From the NCBI GenBank assembly GCA_965153455.1, contig OZ234493.1, positions 21,132,213 to 21,196,212 on the forward strand: 64,000 bases of DNA, in the 5' to 3' direction. This document shows, piece by piece, positions 13,790-25,900 of the stretch (the stretch's first letter is position 1; the number at the start of each line of letters is the position of its first letter). The DNA comes from Sphagnum compactum (Eukaryota). The translations under genes and the position numbers were made by a program. The notes beneath the pieces are model-generated. The model worked only from the letters and a program-made list of their open reading frames with translations, did not search any database and was not told the DNA's origin.

Positions 13790-14370
13790 ACAATTTCAGT
13801 GTAAAAACTCAAAAAGGCCTAAAATGATGGTCATTCATTCATCCCCTCTTACATAATTTTGGTGACAAAATTTTAAAAGCCCAAAATGATGGTCTTCCAT
13901 TCCATTTTTAAGTTTTAATTTTGTTCATTTCTACATGCCTTTTTGCATAATTTTAGTGCTAAAATTTAAAAGATGGTTTTCGTTTCCTTTTCAATTTTTT
14001 TCCTTTTTCTATTTCTACATCACTTCTTGGCATAATTTCGATGCCAAGATTTTAAAAGCCCAATATGATACTAATTCCTTCATTTTTCCCCTAAATCCCT
14101 TCTTGTATAATTTCAACGACAAATTTAAAGAGCCTAGAAAGGTGATGTTCCTTTCCAATTTTCTTTTTTCTTTTCTTTAATTCTAGATCCCCTTTTGAAT
14201 GATTTTGGTGTTGGATTTTAAGCCACCTCAAATAATGGTCATCCTTTCATTTTTATATTTTATTTATCATTTAAAAATCTCCTCTTGCATAATGTTGATG
14301 CCAAAATTTAAACAACCGAGAAGGATTTCCTTTTTATGTTTTTACATCCCCTTTTGGCATAATTTTCACA
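13790..14370. repeat. Degenerate tandem repeat (~7 units of ~60-95 bp)
   Basis: A CATAATTTTGGTGCCAAAATTTTAAAAGCCCAAAATGATGGT-like motif recurs, followed by pyrimidine tracts. Confidence 0.6.
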
Positions 14371-16758
14371 TTCTAATTTCCTAAATGATGCATAATTTCA
14401 TGTAATTAATTTGGAATGGTAATCATTATGTTTTAGAAGGGAATAAAGTATAATTGATGAATATGGATGTAATTGTTTTCATGGATATGAACTATGCTAG
14501 ATGGAACTTTTGATGATGTGAAAAAATATTTCAATTTGTAAGAGGATATTCTATCCATGTTAGCAAAATCTATCATAAAGTATTTTATCAATTTGGATGG
14601 AATATTTTATTAGGTTCACATTCATGTTCACCTACTCACCAAATATCAATTGAACCAAACTTTAGCACAAGTTGAAAGGTTAGAATTCACATGACATATA
14701 TAAATTTTTATTTTCAACATTCATTAATTTCTCTTTCATCAATTATACTTCATCAACCATTGGTATATTCCATTAGTGAATGTTGAAGCCTTTGAAATTT
14801 GGGATTATTTTTTTCTAAATCCAAAAACAATTATGAGAGAAATTAATTAATGTATAATAATTGAATTATAATCAACATTTTAAGAATTGAAAATTGAATT
14901 AAAAAACCCCACGTTGTTTATATTATCAAATAGACATCATATCTTCTTGTACATTTATTTGGTTGATTTGTTCAAGTGGTAACATTAGAAGAATAATTGA
15001 ATTCTTCAAGTTTCATGATCCAATTAGAAAAAGGTGAATTATCAAGTTTTTAAAAAGTCACAAGATGTTGGAAAAAAGAGTTTTTAGTCGTGACATTGAT
15101 GGTATTTAAGAATATTATGACACATTGAGGAATTTAAATATTAGCAAAAGAAACACATAAATCTTTTTAATGTTGATGTTCATAAAGAAAATAAAAAACA
15201 CTTCTTTCACACCTAGTTGCCATGATCAAAATTCGTGTTTCTATTTAGCCCGTTACAATTGACGATTAAATATATTTTTCAACAAAAATCTCTTATCATT
15301 CAATCTCCTAGCATCCATGGATTGTAAAATTGTCACTGAAATTACACTATAGTCTTTGGTTTCTTCATAGATGTGTGCAATGCTATCATGAGTTTCCATT
15401 AAAAAAAACATGACAAAACTATTTCACATACCTCATGTTTTATGAACATTTTATGTAGTTTTTGAAAAAACTAAATTGTGTATGAAAATTGATTTCGAGT
15501 GTTCCTCACCTTGTTGCAATGGTCTTCTTTTCTCTTTTTAACTAGTTGTTGCATAGTTTAATAAGTTGAGCCAAGAAGGAGAAGCATTGAAATAAGGCAT
15601 GCCTTCTTTCTCCTCTTTTTCTTGCTCTTTTTCACTTTACCTTGTTCCAAGCTTGTTGCTACTTCACCTTCTACTTATGTACTTTTGTTTATATTCACCT
15701 TGTTGGTTGGCATACTATAATTCCAAAGTCTTAAAACCTTCAAGCTTGATTGACTACTAATGATACCTTCTCATGTCTTCCTTGTGGACTTGTACATCCC
15801 TCCTTTTCATGGTTTGCTTCCTCAACATCCATAAAGGTCGTGTGAGTTTCCATTATTTAATATGTTGCATTACCAATTTCTTAAAATACTTGGTAGTTTA
15901 GTTTTTAAAACTCATTTATGTATTTAATTAGGTCATTTAAAAAAAATCTTATTTATTTAAAATCTTTTAACTTTCAAACATAATTTTTTTTATCATAATC
16001 AATAATGGGTACTAGTTAATTACCATGATTTTTTTTTCAATTTTGTTATACCAAAATTTGGTGTATTTTTTCAAAATACTAACAAAAAAGTCAAATTTAC
16101 ACTACAAAAACAAATAATTTCCAAATTTTTTTGGTTTTCTTTTGAAAAACGTCATTGGTAACAATCGTGATTTATTTTATTTCTTATTTGGTTTCAAACT
16201 ATTGTAGTTGTGATGGGTAATAACATTTTTTTGACACATCAAGTTCCATTGAGAAGGCATTTTCTATTGAAGAGGTGTTTTGTGTGGTGCAATGGAGATG
16301 TTCTCATATAATGGGTTACATTTTTTGAAACTTTCTTATTAAGTCTATTTTGTTCCAAGGTGTTTTTTTTTTTTTTCCTTCTCTCTCTCTTTCTCTATTC
16401 CTAAGTCATCTTCATAACAAAGGTCTTTGTAAATGAATTTCGTTGGTTCCTAAAATTCCTCAATTTTAAATTTCTTCATGTCATTTAAACACAAAAAATC
16501 ATTAACTCTATTTAAGCCTATATAAGTTTAATTTCACGAGCTTCCTAAAACAATGTACTTCATTTAAAACAATGGATCACCACAATTTGGCTAATCACAA
16601 AATAATAAACTTTTTTTGGTTTTTTTCTTGTGATACTTGGGCAAGTACACATTTTAAAAACAAAAAAAATTGGAGTAGGTCTTTAGTCTTTACACTCGAT
16701 GTAGCTCGTGGCCTTGGACTTTACCCTCCACATGAATATTTGTCAAAAAAAAAAAAAG

Positions 16759-17310
16759 AGGAGCCATATTACACCTATTCCTTAAGAGTGGGAGGGACCT
16801 TAAGCCTACTTATAGATGCAAGACCTAACCTATTCCTTAAGAGTGGGAGGGACCTTAAGCCTACTTATAGATGCAAGACCTAACCTATTCCTTAAGAGTG
16901 GGAGGGACCTTAAGCCTACTTATAGATGCAAGACCTAACCTATTCCTTCAGAGTGCGAGGGACCTTAAGCCTACTTATAGATGCAAGACCTAACCTATTC
17001 CTTAAGAGTGGGAGGGACCTTAAGCCTACTTATAGAGGCAAAGACTTAACCTATTCCTTAAGAGTGGGAGGGACCTTAAGCCTACTTATAGATGCAAGAC
17101 CTAACCTATTCCTTAAGAGTGGGAGGGACCTTAAGCCTACTTATAGAGGCAAAGACCTAACCTATTCCTTAAGAGTGGGAGGGACCTTAAGCCTACTTAT
17201 AGAGGCAAAGACCTACCCTATTCCTTAAGAGTGGGAGGGACCTTAAGCCTACTTATAGATCCAAGACCTATCCCATTCTTAAGGAGTGGGTATTATATCC
17301 TTACCCTCCT
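16759..17310. repeat. Minisatellite of 9 x 55/56-bp units bounded by imperfect terminal inverted repeats
   Basis: Unit ACCTATTCCTTAAGAGTGGGAGGGACCTTAAGCCTACTTATAGATGCAAGACCTA starts at 16773, 16828, 16883, 16938, 16993, 17049, 17104, 17160 and 17216. There are no spacers. 17271-17298 is an inverted copy (23/28) of the left end. Confidence 0.97.
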
Positions 17311-17486
17311 ACTACGCATAGTGATTTAGTTATGTTTAGTTTCATGCTAGCTTTAGACTCATCGCTTGATGATGGGTAAAGCACACATTCGAAGGGTGAC
17401 ATTCCAAAAAGACTCGGATGGGGTTGGATTCAACTACAACCTAGTCCTAAGTCCCTTATTTTTGGCGAAGCTCCAAGAATTGGCAA

Positions 17487-17593
17487 ACCCTAAACCTTGC
17501 AAATCCCTTTGCAATAGCCCCATGAAACCTACCTTCTCCACCCTAAACCTTGCAAATCTCTATGCAATAGCCCCATGAAACCTACCTTCTCCA
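17487..17593. repeat. 2 x 53-bp tandem duplication
   Basis: ACCCTAAACCTTGCAAATC...GCAATAGCCCCATGAAACCTACCTTCTCC occurs at 17487 and 17540. Confidence 0.9.
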
Positions 17594-18067
17594 CTCATGC
17601 AAATCCAATCAAGAAGGCCCAAAAAAAAAAAAAAACCGTATAAAACCCACCACCTCCATTGACATGCTTCCCTTGAAAGCTTGGAATTAGGGTGGGTCAC
17701 ACACACTCCTTCCTTTGTAGTATTATTTTGGGTTGGTGACCAACTTAGGAAGGCAAGAAGAGCAAGCACACAAAAAGAGTCTTGTAACAACAAAAAAAAA
17801 AAGAAAGTTGTGTTTTTCTTTTGTAAGTTACTTTTGTCGTTGTGATAACTAAAACTTGGTTTTATTTGTTTCCCAAAAAAGAAAAAAAAAGAAAAAGAAT
17901 AAATAAAAGAAAATGATTGGTTGGAATCAAACTCTTTATTATTATTATTAAAGCTTTTTTATTGTCCCTTATTGGACTCAACTTTCATAAAATTCCCCAA
18001 CTTGTAGAATTCACAAACTTTTTACTTGATGTAAAATTGGAGTAAAGGAGCGGACCTCGGAATGGTG

Positions 18068-18296
18068 TCAAGAGATTATATAACTCTAGAATTAATCTCA
18101 AATTTCAACACAAGCCAAAAATGTCATGTTTAAAAAAAAAATCCTCATATAAAAAAAAAGAGACCTATTATTATTATTATTACCTAGGGGCCAAAATCCC
18201 CTATAAGCAAGCTACTATAGTCTATAATGAATCTAAAACACAATAATTAGTAGAAAATTAATTAATTCTTTGCCTTGATTAGTAGACAAGGCCAAT
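18068..18296 (-). mobile_element. Dispersed ~200-230-bp non-autonomous repeat, copy 1 (inverted relative to the copies at 51.1 and 51.6 kb)
   Basis: The reverse complement aligns along its length with 51076-51285 and 51568-51755. Shared blocks include TATAGTAGCTT, CCCCTAGGTAATAATAATAAT, ATATGAGGATT and TTTTGGCTTGTGTTGAAA(C/T)TTGAGATTA. Confidence 0.8.
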
Positions 18297-18575
18297 AAAA
18301 TACTCAACACCAAGAGGTAAGTAAAACTGCCCGTTTGAGTGGGGTCAGCCTGGTGAGGGAGTGTGGGTAGAGAAAAGAAAAAGTGGATTGGGCAGGTGGT
18401 GAAAAAAAAGTAAAGAATCCCCTTTTTCTCACCCCCCCCCCAAAAGAGACAGACGAGGGCAAAAAGAAAAGAAAAAGAAGTTAGTCCCTTTTTAAAAAAA
18501 TTATTAATAGGATTCCATCCAGCATTATGATTGGTGGGGTCCTGGAATTTCATTCTTATTATGCAATCATTAATA

Positions 18576-18585
18576 GCCACGTGGC
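18576..18585. promoter_or_regulatory. Perfect palindromic G-box (GCCACGTGGC) upstream of the F-box gene
   Basis: Exact 10-bp G-box/ABRE-type palindrome ~390 bp upstream of the ATG, just before the GA-rich putative 5'UTR. Confidence 0.55.
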
Positions 18586-18970
18586 GAGATTCTTTTTTTA
18601 GTCCCAAATGTCACCCCAATTTGAAAATGTTTTTAAAAAAAAACAAAAAACAAAGCAGTCAGAAAAGTTACCGTCCGACTGCCGGCCTGGCAACCCTGCC
18701 TGCCGAAGAGCTGCCGGAGAAGAGAGAGAACGGATCGAGAGACAGACAGACAGACAGACAGAGTGCTCGCGCGCGAGAGAGAAGACGGAGACGAGAATTT
18801 TGTGTTTTTGTGAAGATTCTGTGCAAATTTGGAAGCAGGGAGAAGGGATTGTGATCATGGTTCGCTTGTGGAGTAGTTTCAGAAGGCGATTGTGACGCTG
18901 GGAATCGGCGAATGACAACGTGATCAGGGGACAAAACAAATTAGGGTTTGCGGGTTCTTTGTAAGCTGCG

Positions 18971-21300
18971 ATGGAGGTTGTTGTTGTGCGAGTGGAGGAC
19001 GATTGTCGTGTTGAGGAGAGTGATGAGAAATCGAGGGCGGTGAGTAGTACTGGAAACAACTTGGTGGGGTCGTTGGCGTCGCTTTCTGTCATGAATGCTG
19101 CGGCGTCCCCCCGCGAGGAGGAGTGTGTGAGTGGTAGATCATCATCGGGTGGTAATTGCAGCAGCAAGGAGGAGCAAGCTCCTTCTGTGAAGCAAAACCT
19201 AAAAGCTTTGCGGTCCAAGCGTGACAGCAGTAGAGGAGGAGGAGGAGGAGGAGGAGGAGGAGGAGGAGGGAAGAAGGAGAATGACACCACCGGGTATATG
19301 GATGATGCGTTGTGGGGTGAACTTCCGGAGCATCTTCATGACATCATCCTGGCTTGGCTTCCGTTGCCCAGTTTCTTCCATTTGCGATGTGTGTGTAAGA
19401 GATGGAACAATATCATAGAATCCAGGAGTTTTCTCTCCATCTGTTCCCGGGTTCCTTCTCACGGCCCCTTCTTTCTCATGTTCGCCGATCCCTTTCGACA
19501 AAAGATTGCTGCGTATGATCCGACTTTGCACAGATGGCATCTGCTGCCGCTTTCCTTCTTTCTCTCCTGTCCGTTCTTTGAGTCCTTTATCGTGCTCGCC
19601 GCAGCAGGGGGTTTGCTTTGCGTCGGAGGAGCAGGATCACAGTGCCGTTCGCTGTTTGTGTCTAATCCGATGACACGCTCACAGCGGAAGCTGCCACCCA
19701 TGATAGACATGAAATCCCCATATGTGGTGGGAATGGTGATGAATCCTCAGCATGACTCCTATCAAATTCTTGTGGCACAAGATGGCGAGCACTTGATGTC
19801 CCAGGTCAATCCTCACACTTTCCAATTCTCTTTTTTCTTTTTTTTCCATCTCCTTTTTCTTCCAAGAATTGAGAATCCAACCTTCCTTTTGCTTGTGACC
19901 AAGCAAGTCAATCAAGATGTAGGCTTCAAAACTCTGTTGATTCTTGGTGGTGACTGCACAGTGCTGCAGTTCATCAATAATGAAGATCTTGTCACTCCAG
20001 TAGTAACTCCAGAAGTTTGGAGAGAAGTTCTCAATACTTAAGAAGAAGATACTTTGTCACCCTACCAGCAGTTTAGATCAGCTTCCAGAAGGCTTCAGTA
20101 GCCTAGACTCTGATCCTCTATCTCACATCCCAAGTGCCTCTTCAATAAGATTATTGTCTCAGTGGTTGATTTCTCACTCATGCATCTGAACACATTGCGA
20201 GTGATTCAGTCCTTGGGGTAGAAATGTCGAGGTTTATATGGTCTTTTCAGGGAAACATCTATCATGCACATGAGCATCTCTGTGTTGCCAATTCAGTTAC
20301 TGTCTCCATTGCAACATGATCACTCACAGATCAGAGGAGGATTGTTGTTTCATGAAAATTGCCAAATGCATAGTTTAGCCATTTTCTCTTCATATGCTAT
20401 GTATTTGTCATAGGCACATTACTGTGGGGCCAAACTGGAGCAGCTGTGTTCAACAATTTTCTAGTTACAGTTGATCCATCACTTGGATTTGAGGGTGGCT
20501 GGGTCCTAGTAGTTCTGATTCAATTTGTATAGTAAGCCCTGACCTGACTAGATATTTCTCCACAGGTTTATGACTCGAAGAGCAATACATGGAAGATGAC
20601 CCATGGTCTTGAGAAAAGAGTAGCACTGATAGCAGGAACTGCATACATCAATGGTTTTCTGTACAGTATGACATATGGTGCCACAACTGGAGTGTTGGCT
20701 TATAATGTAGAACAAGGCCAGTGGCATGAGGTCCGAGTCAAAATGCCTCTCTCACTTGTATGCCCACAGCTTTTGGGGCATCGTGGCCAGCTCATGATGG
20801 TTGGAGGAGTGGAGGAGTTTGGGACTCTAAAAAGTGTGCACCTTTGGCGCCTTGAGATTCCTGGGAAAGAGTGGATTGAAGTTCAACAAATGCCAGAAAG
20901 TCTTTTCAATAAGCTATTCAAGTCAGTTTTCCTTCAATCATTTCTTTTGTCTACTCTGGAATCTGAGACAATATCTCATGAGCAAAAGATGTCATGTACA
21001 TGAGGTTCAGCTTGGATTTTGAGCAAGTGCTTAATCTCATTTCCCATAAGCTTACTAGTGATGCTCGCTAAGATGAATACTTGTGTAATGTGTGGTTTCA
21101 GGTCACAAGACCACCATTTCTTGTGTGTCTCGCATGGGGACTACATATGCTTTACTGACTACTACTCACGGGAGATGCTTATGTATGACATCTATAGAAA
21201 TTCCTGGTGGTGGCTACCTGTGTGTATTCTCAGTGAATATATGGAAGCTCGAAGTGCATTGGGCTTCTCATTCGAACCTCGACTGGATGCAATGGTCTAG
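18971..21300 (+). CDS. F-box/kelch-repeat-type protein (At5g15710/UFO/LCR-like broad family), 462 aa
   Basis: Exons 18971-19804, 20566-20921 and 21102-21300 (TAG) are GT-AG and phase-consistent. F-box motif LWGELPEHLHDIILAWLPLPSFFHLRCVCKRWNNII, followed by AAGGLLC...VSNPMTR, VYDSKSNTW, LMMVGG, and C-terminal FSFEPRLD. Confidence 0.93.
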
Positions 21301-21969
21301 CTGTTTGCTCAATTTTCTGAAATTAGATGTATTTCTGGGATTAGAACCCTAGATCCAACAGATCCCCTTAATCATGAACTCTTTTAGCAAATTTTTGAGC
21401 CCAAGTAAATCTCAAATATGTGAAGCATTGAAGCCCTTCCCCAGGGTCTCTTAGTGTTTAAATGTTAAGTTATGTGGGCCACACAGCAACTGAAGAGAGG
21501 GTGATATCATGTCTAAAGATAAAATTGTGATGTTTCTGAAAGGATGTGGCTTTCAAATAATATGTTTTTCAATGTGCTATGAGGCCACATCAAGCACGTG
21601 CGATTGCTGTTGGAAAGTTAACTGGACAAGAAAGTTCCATCAATGCAACAGGCTCAAGCACTAAATAATTTGAGCTCCTGTCTTGTGATTGAACATGTAT
21701 AAGTTGGGGGTTTCCATATTGTAATTTGTCCAAATAGCTGCTGTGGGCCCCATAGACACATATATGGTTGAATGATGTCAGGAGGGTCTCAATTTTGCCT
21801 CTGCTTTTGCACTCCTTCACTCTCTAAACCTCCTTCACTCTCCTGACACTTGTACTGCATTGGTTATAGTTTGTTAAAGAATTCCAAACTGATAAACAGC
21901 AACCAAGTCAAGTACATGAGTTGCCAGTCCATAATTGCTAGTGGTTTCCAAATACATCGGATTTATAGT

Positions 21970-22305
21970 TCACAATTTTATCAATTGTCCTCCAGGCACT
22001 GAGTGAGAGTGAATAAACCAAAATTGCACCTTTCACAAATGGCTACACATGGCTTACAACAGTTTTGTCACACCATGGCTAGCACAATTTATTATCACCT
22101 CTTCTCAAGGTTCTGAGTGACAGTTGAATAAACCAAAATTGCACCTTCACAAGTCACTAGAAATGATTCACAACATATTTGGCAGGCCCATATCTAGCCC
22201 AATTTTTTACCAACTGTCCTTAGGACCTGAGTGATACTGGATAAACCAAAATTGTACCTTTTGCAAGTCACTAGACATGACTTACAACAGTTTTGTGACA
22301 CCCAT
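21970..22305. repeat. 3 x ~114-bp degenerate tandem repeat between convergent 3' ends
   Basis: The anchor ATAAACCAAAATTG(C/T)ACCTT occurs at 22013, 22128 and 22241, each preceded by CTGAGTGA. Confidence 0.85.
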
Positions 22306-22940
22306 AAGCAGTGGCAGTGCAGAATATTTCAGAGTTCAAACTGCAATGCAGGAATTTCTTTTCGACACCAAATTTTTAAAAACTCTTTGAGCTCCTCAAT
22401 GTACAAAGTGATCTTCCTAAGCATATCCATCATCCATGCACTGCAAAATGGCCATCTGTTGCTGTCAGAAGCACAACAATCGAGCCAACAAAACCTTCCT
22501 TTTTCCCTGTTAGTGTTTTCACAAACCAAATGTTTATGTGGACCTTTTTGACTTTTCTTGTAGAGGGTGTCATCCCCACTCCTTGTCCCGTCATCATCCT
22601 ATGTGAGTATCTTTGCAAATCTTCTGTGTGCTTTGAAGATCTGTTCTCTAAGATTCTGGCTTAAAAATAGAACCTGCTCATATAGAGACATCCTCATGTG
22701 TAATTGAACCCACTCATATAGAAATATCCTCAGTTGTAATCCGCCTCTGTCATATGTTCCTCTGCCAGCTGATGGATGCCCAAATTGATTCCTGCTTTTA
22801 CAAAGTGTCAGAGTTGCTCACAAAGTGTCAGGATTGCAGTGGCGAGCTGCTGCCACGACTACCCACAGACTTCATTAGGCCCTGACAGTTGGGTATAGAT
22901 AAGTATATAACAATCAACCTACAACCTGCAAAATCTGTTA

Positions 22941-25900
22941 TCAACAATTCTGTTCACAAAGTAGGAAAAGTTCTGAAAACAGACCTGACGGACTGTTGGG
23001 TGAGTCCATATCCTGAGGTGGTGGTCGAGAGTCTTGGGCTTCAGCTGAAGGAATACCATGATTTTCAGCAGGTGCTGAAGTAGCTAGACCACTACCTTCC
23101 ACAGCTGGTGTTGCACCTCCACTTGTGTCCAGCATTTTTTTCTTCACGAATACCCACAGAAAAATCCATTCCATGATTCAGAAATTTGCCATGTAAGAAA
23201 TCCAACTCATGTGAGCAAAACCATCTCATCCCCAATGAAGATTTATGAAGAGATAATTCACATCTTGCAAGGACAAGGGTTACAGTGCAAAAGTCTTTTT
23301 GCAGGGGATTTGGAGTTTCAGGGAGTGAGAATTGCTGCTGCAGAGTCAGACCTGGTCCATGCATTCCTGTGGTAATGAAGTTTTAACTATACAGTAATGA
23401 TGTGCTCAATCATACAGGTCCTCAAAAACCAACAGTGACTTTCAGAGGGCAATTTCTGAACTCACAATGTAGTTTTGGAACTGTTCAGAAGGAGCTTCAG
23501 CAGCAGCAGGGGTAGCAGACTGTTCCACGGCATTAGCAGTTGCCAAAGCTGCATCTGCACGCTTTTGCTGTGCTTTGGCTTGCCGTAATATCCTGCGCTC
23601 ATGTCTGCGCTGCTCCCGAATCTTTGCCAGAGCTGCATCTTCAGCAGCCTGTTTCCTGTCAGTTATGATTGGATGTCAGGAACAGTGATTTTAAAGTGGG
23701 TTGGAATCAATCCTGAGACACATAATGAAAGAAAGGGGTTTTTCAGAAGAAAAAATCAACCTGTTAACATAGTTATGTGCAGCATGGGCAAAGCCAGGCT
23801 TATAGGAAAAGACAAGGCCCCGCAAAGGTTTCCCATCGATAGTAGCTTCCAAAGTGAAGCCAAAGTGAAATACATCACTGATCTTGGCCTCAAATGCACG
23901 CTCTGCCAATGGCACACAAGTCATAAAAACCTCAGCGCTGTGCCTTCGTGAAAGGATTGATCACTTGAACTTGTTTGAAATACATGCAAAACTTAGCACC
24001 AGATGTTGATTAACTTAATTGCATTTGTATAAATTGAGAGATAAAAGAAGGTGCAGAATTCAGAACAACTAACCAACTGGACCAACCCCCATGGGTGTGA
24101 GATCATCAGGCCCACTTATGAGATCACCACCTTGACACTTTCTTTTCAGTTCTTTCCTCAATGACAGTTTCTCTGGCTTTCGTTCAAACTCCACTTTTTC
24201 AGGCTTCATCTCTGCCAAAGGACAAACAAGACTAACAACTTGAGTTGAGAGACATTGGATTACTTCCAAGAAAAATATCTTGTGATAATATTTGGTTAAA
24301 GTGTAGTCTACATTTAAGAGTGTACAGAGGAATCTAGTATGTTGCTTCTGCTGCTGGAAACAATACAAGAAGCACAAAAAGACTGTATACTGACTTCAGT
24401 TGTGCAAAGATAAGAGACCTGTGTACAAGTAGTACATATCATCAAGAGCCTCAAGATGCTCATTGCACCCACCAAGGAACATAAGGATTCCTTTCTCCAT
24501 ATCCACAACATCCCCTGCAAGAGAGAACCGTGGAGAGGGTCCTTGTCCATTTGTGGCAGCTAGTGTCCACACACCTGTGTCTGAAGCACCACCACCCCCA
24601 CAAGGTTTGGGTTTTTCAAGTTTTAAGTTTCAGGGTTGCAGGTTTTGCCAAGTCAGTTTCAGGAATGGGTGGACATGGTGAGAAGGGGAAACGCACCAAC
24701 ATTGAGAATATGAAGATCATCAAAAAGCTTGCGATCATCTGTGAATCCACCAAACACAAACAAGTGCCTGGATAGTGCAACTGTGGTGTGCCCTGCTCGT
24801 GGAATAATTTTCTGTCCACTTGTCCTTAATTCTCTCCACACAAATGTCTCTGTCATCCACAGATTTCCACAGTTGGAAGTTCAGAAACTGATGTTAAACA
24901 ACAATTCTACGAACGTGATACAGAAGGATTCAGCACCATTGTTTGCTAGAATAGGCTGTTGGATGGAACTATTGCTGAGTGCCACAGTTGCCATGCTGTA
25001 TAGTGATGGGACTTCTGAGTGTTGTCAAAGCAAGACAGGAATCGGAAATGTCAATCATTACCGCTAAGTTTTTCTCCCACTATCATCGTCAGTCAATCTT
25101 TATACCTGGTTTTTGGCCTCATGTACAATGAACAAAAACTGGAAACATAAACTTCACTCAGACTTGTTCTTCTTGCAGCAAGGTTTGAAGGAGCAGTGAG
25201 GGTTCAACAAAGTGCACGACCAACTTACCAGAGTCAAGAATGTAAATATCACATAAAAAGGTGTTGGATGCATCTTCCCCGCCGAGCACAATAAGCTTGG
25301 TGTTCCAGGAGGACATAGAGTGGCTGTCTCTTGGAGCAGGATGATTACCACTGGTTGCAGCCTTACACCAAGTCATGGTTGCTGACACCAAACAACAGAT
25401 CAGAGGAATTCTATGTACAAACCATGAAACATGCACAGCACATCATTGGAGATGAAGTTGTAACTTACATGTGTCCAGTATGTGAACATCGTTGAAGTAG
25501 CACTCATGCGAGCCACATCCACCAAAAATATATATACATTTTCCAATTGCAGCTGCACTGTGTCCCTCACGTGCAGATGGTGCGTCTCCCTGTGTTTGAG
25601 GTGTTGACCATGTGTTGCTCACTGCACACATAGTCACAGCAAAAATAAGATTTCACTTATTGCCACTGCCAGCAAAAGAAACAGGAAGCTGAACACAACA
25701 TCAACAGCAAACTTTTCCAGAAGGGAAAAATGAGGATCAATCCAATGATGGCATGGCTAAAACTGACCAGTGTCAAGCACATGCAGATCACCGAGTGGGC
25801 TTGTTCCATCAGTCCCACCAAACACATACAGGTTGTTACCCACTGCTGTACAAGTGTGGCTGTCTCGGGCTGTTGGAGGTGTGCCTTTCACAATAGGTTT

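Noticed and set aside
16773..17270. CRISPR-like array
   Set aside because: The units are contiguous and near-identical with no unique spacers, there are no cas genes, and the context is eukaryotic. ORFs 16572-16883 and 16926-17228 are artefacts of the repeat.
18598..19290. 230-aa antisense ORF over F-box exon 1, and similar antisense/alternate-frame ORFs over HAC1, MAKR and PP2C
   Set aside because: Shadow ORFs of GC-rich, triplet-repeat coding sequence with no recognisable domains.
20874..20897. miR394-type target site in the F-box gene (EVQQMP versus EVDRMP in LCR)
   Set aside because: Too many central mismatches to the miR394 complement.
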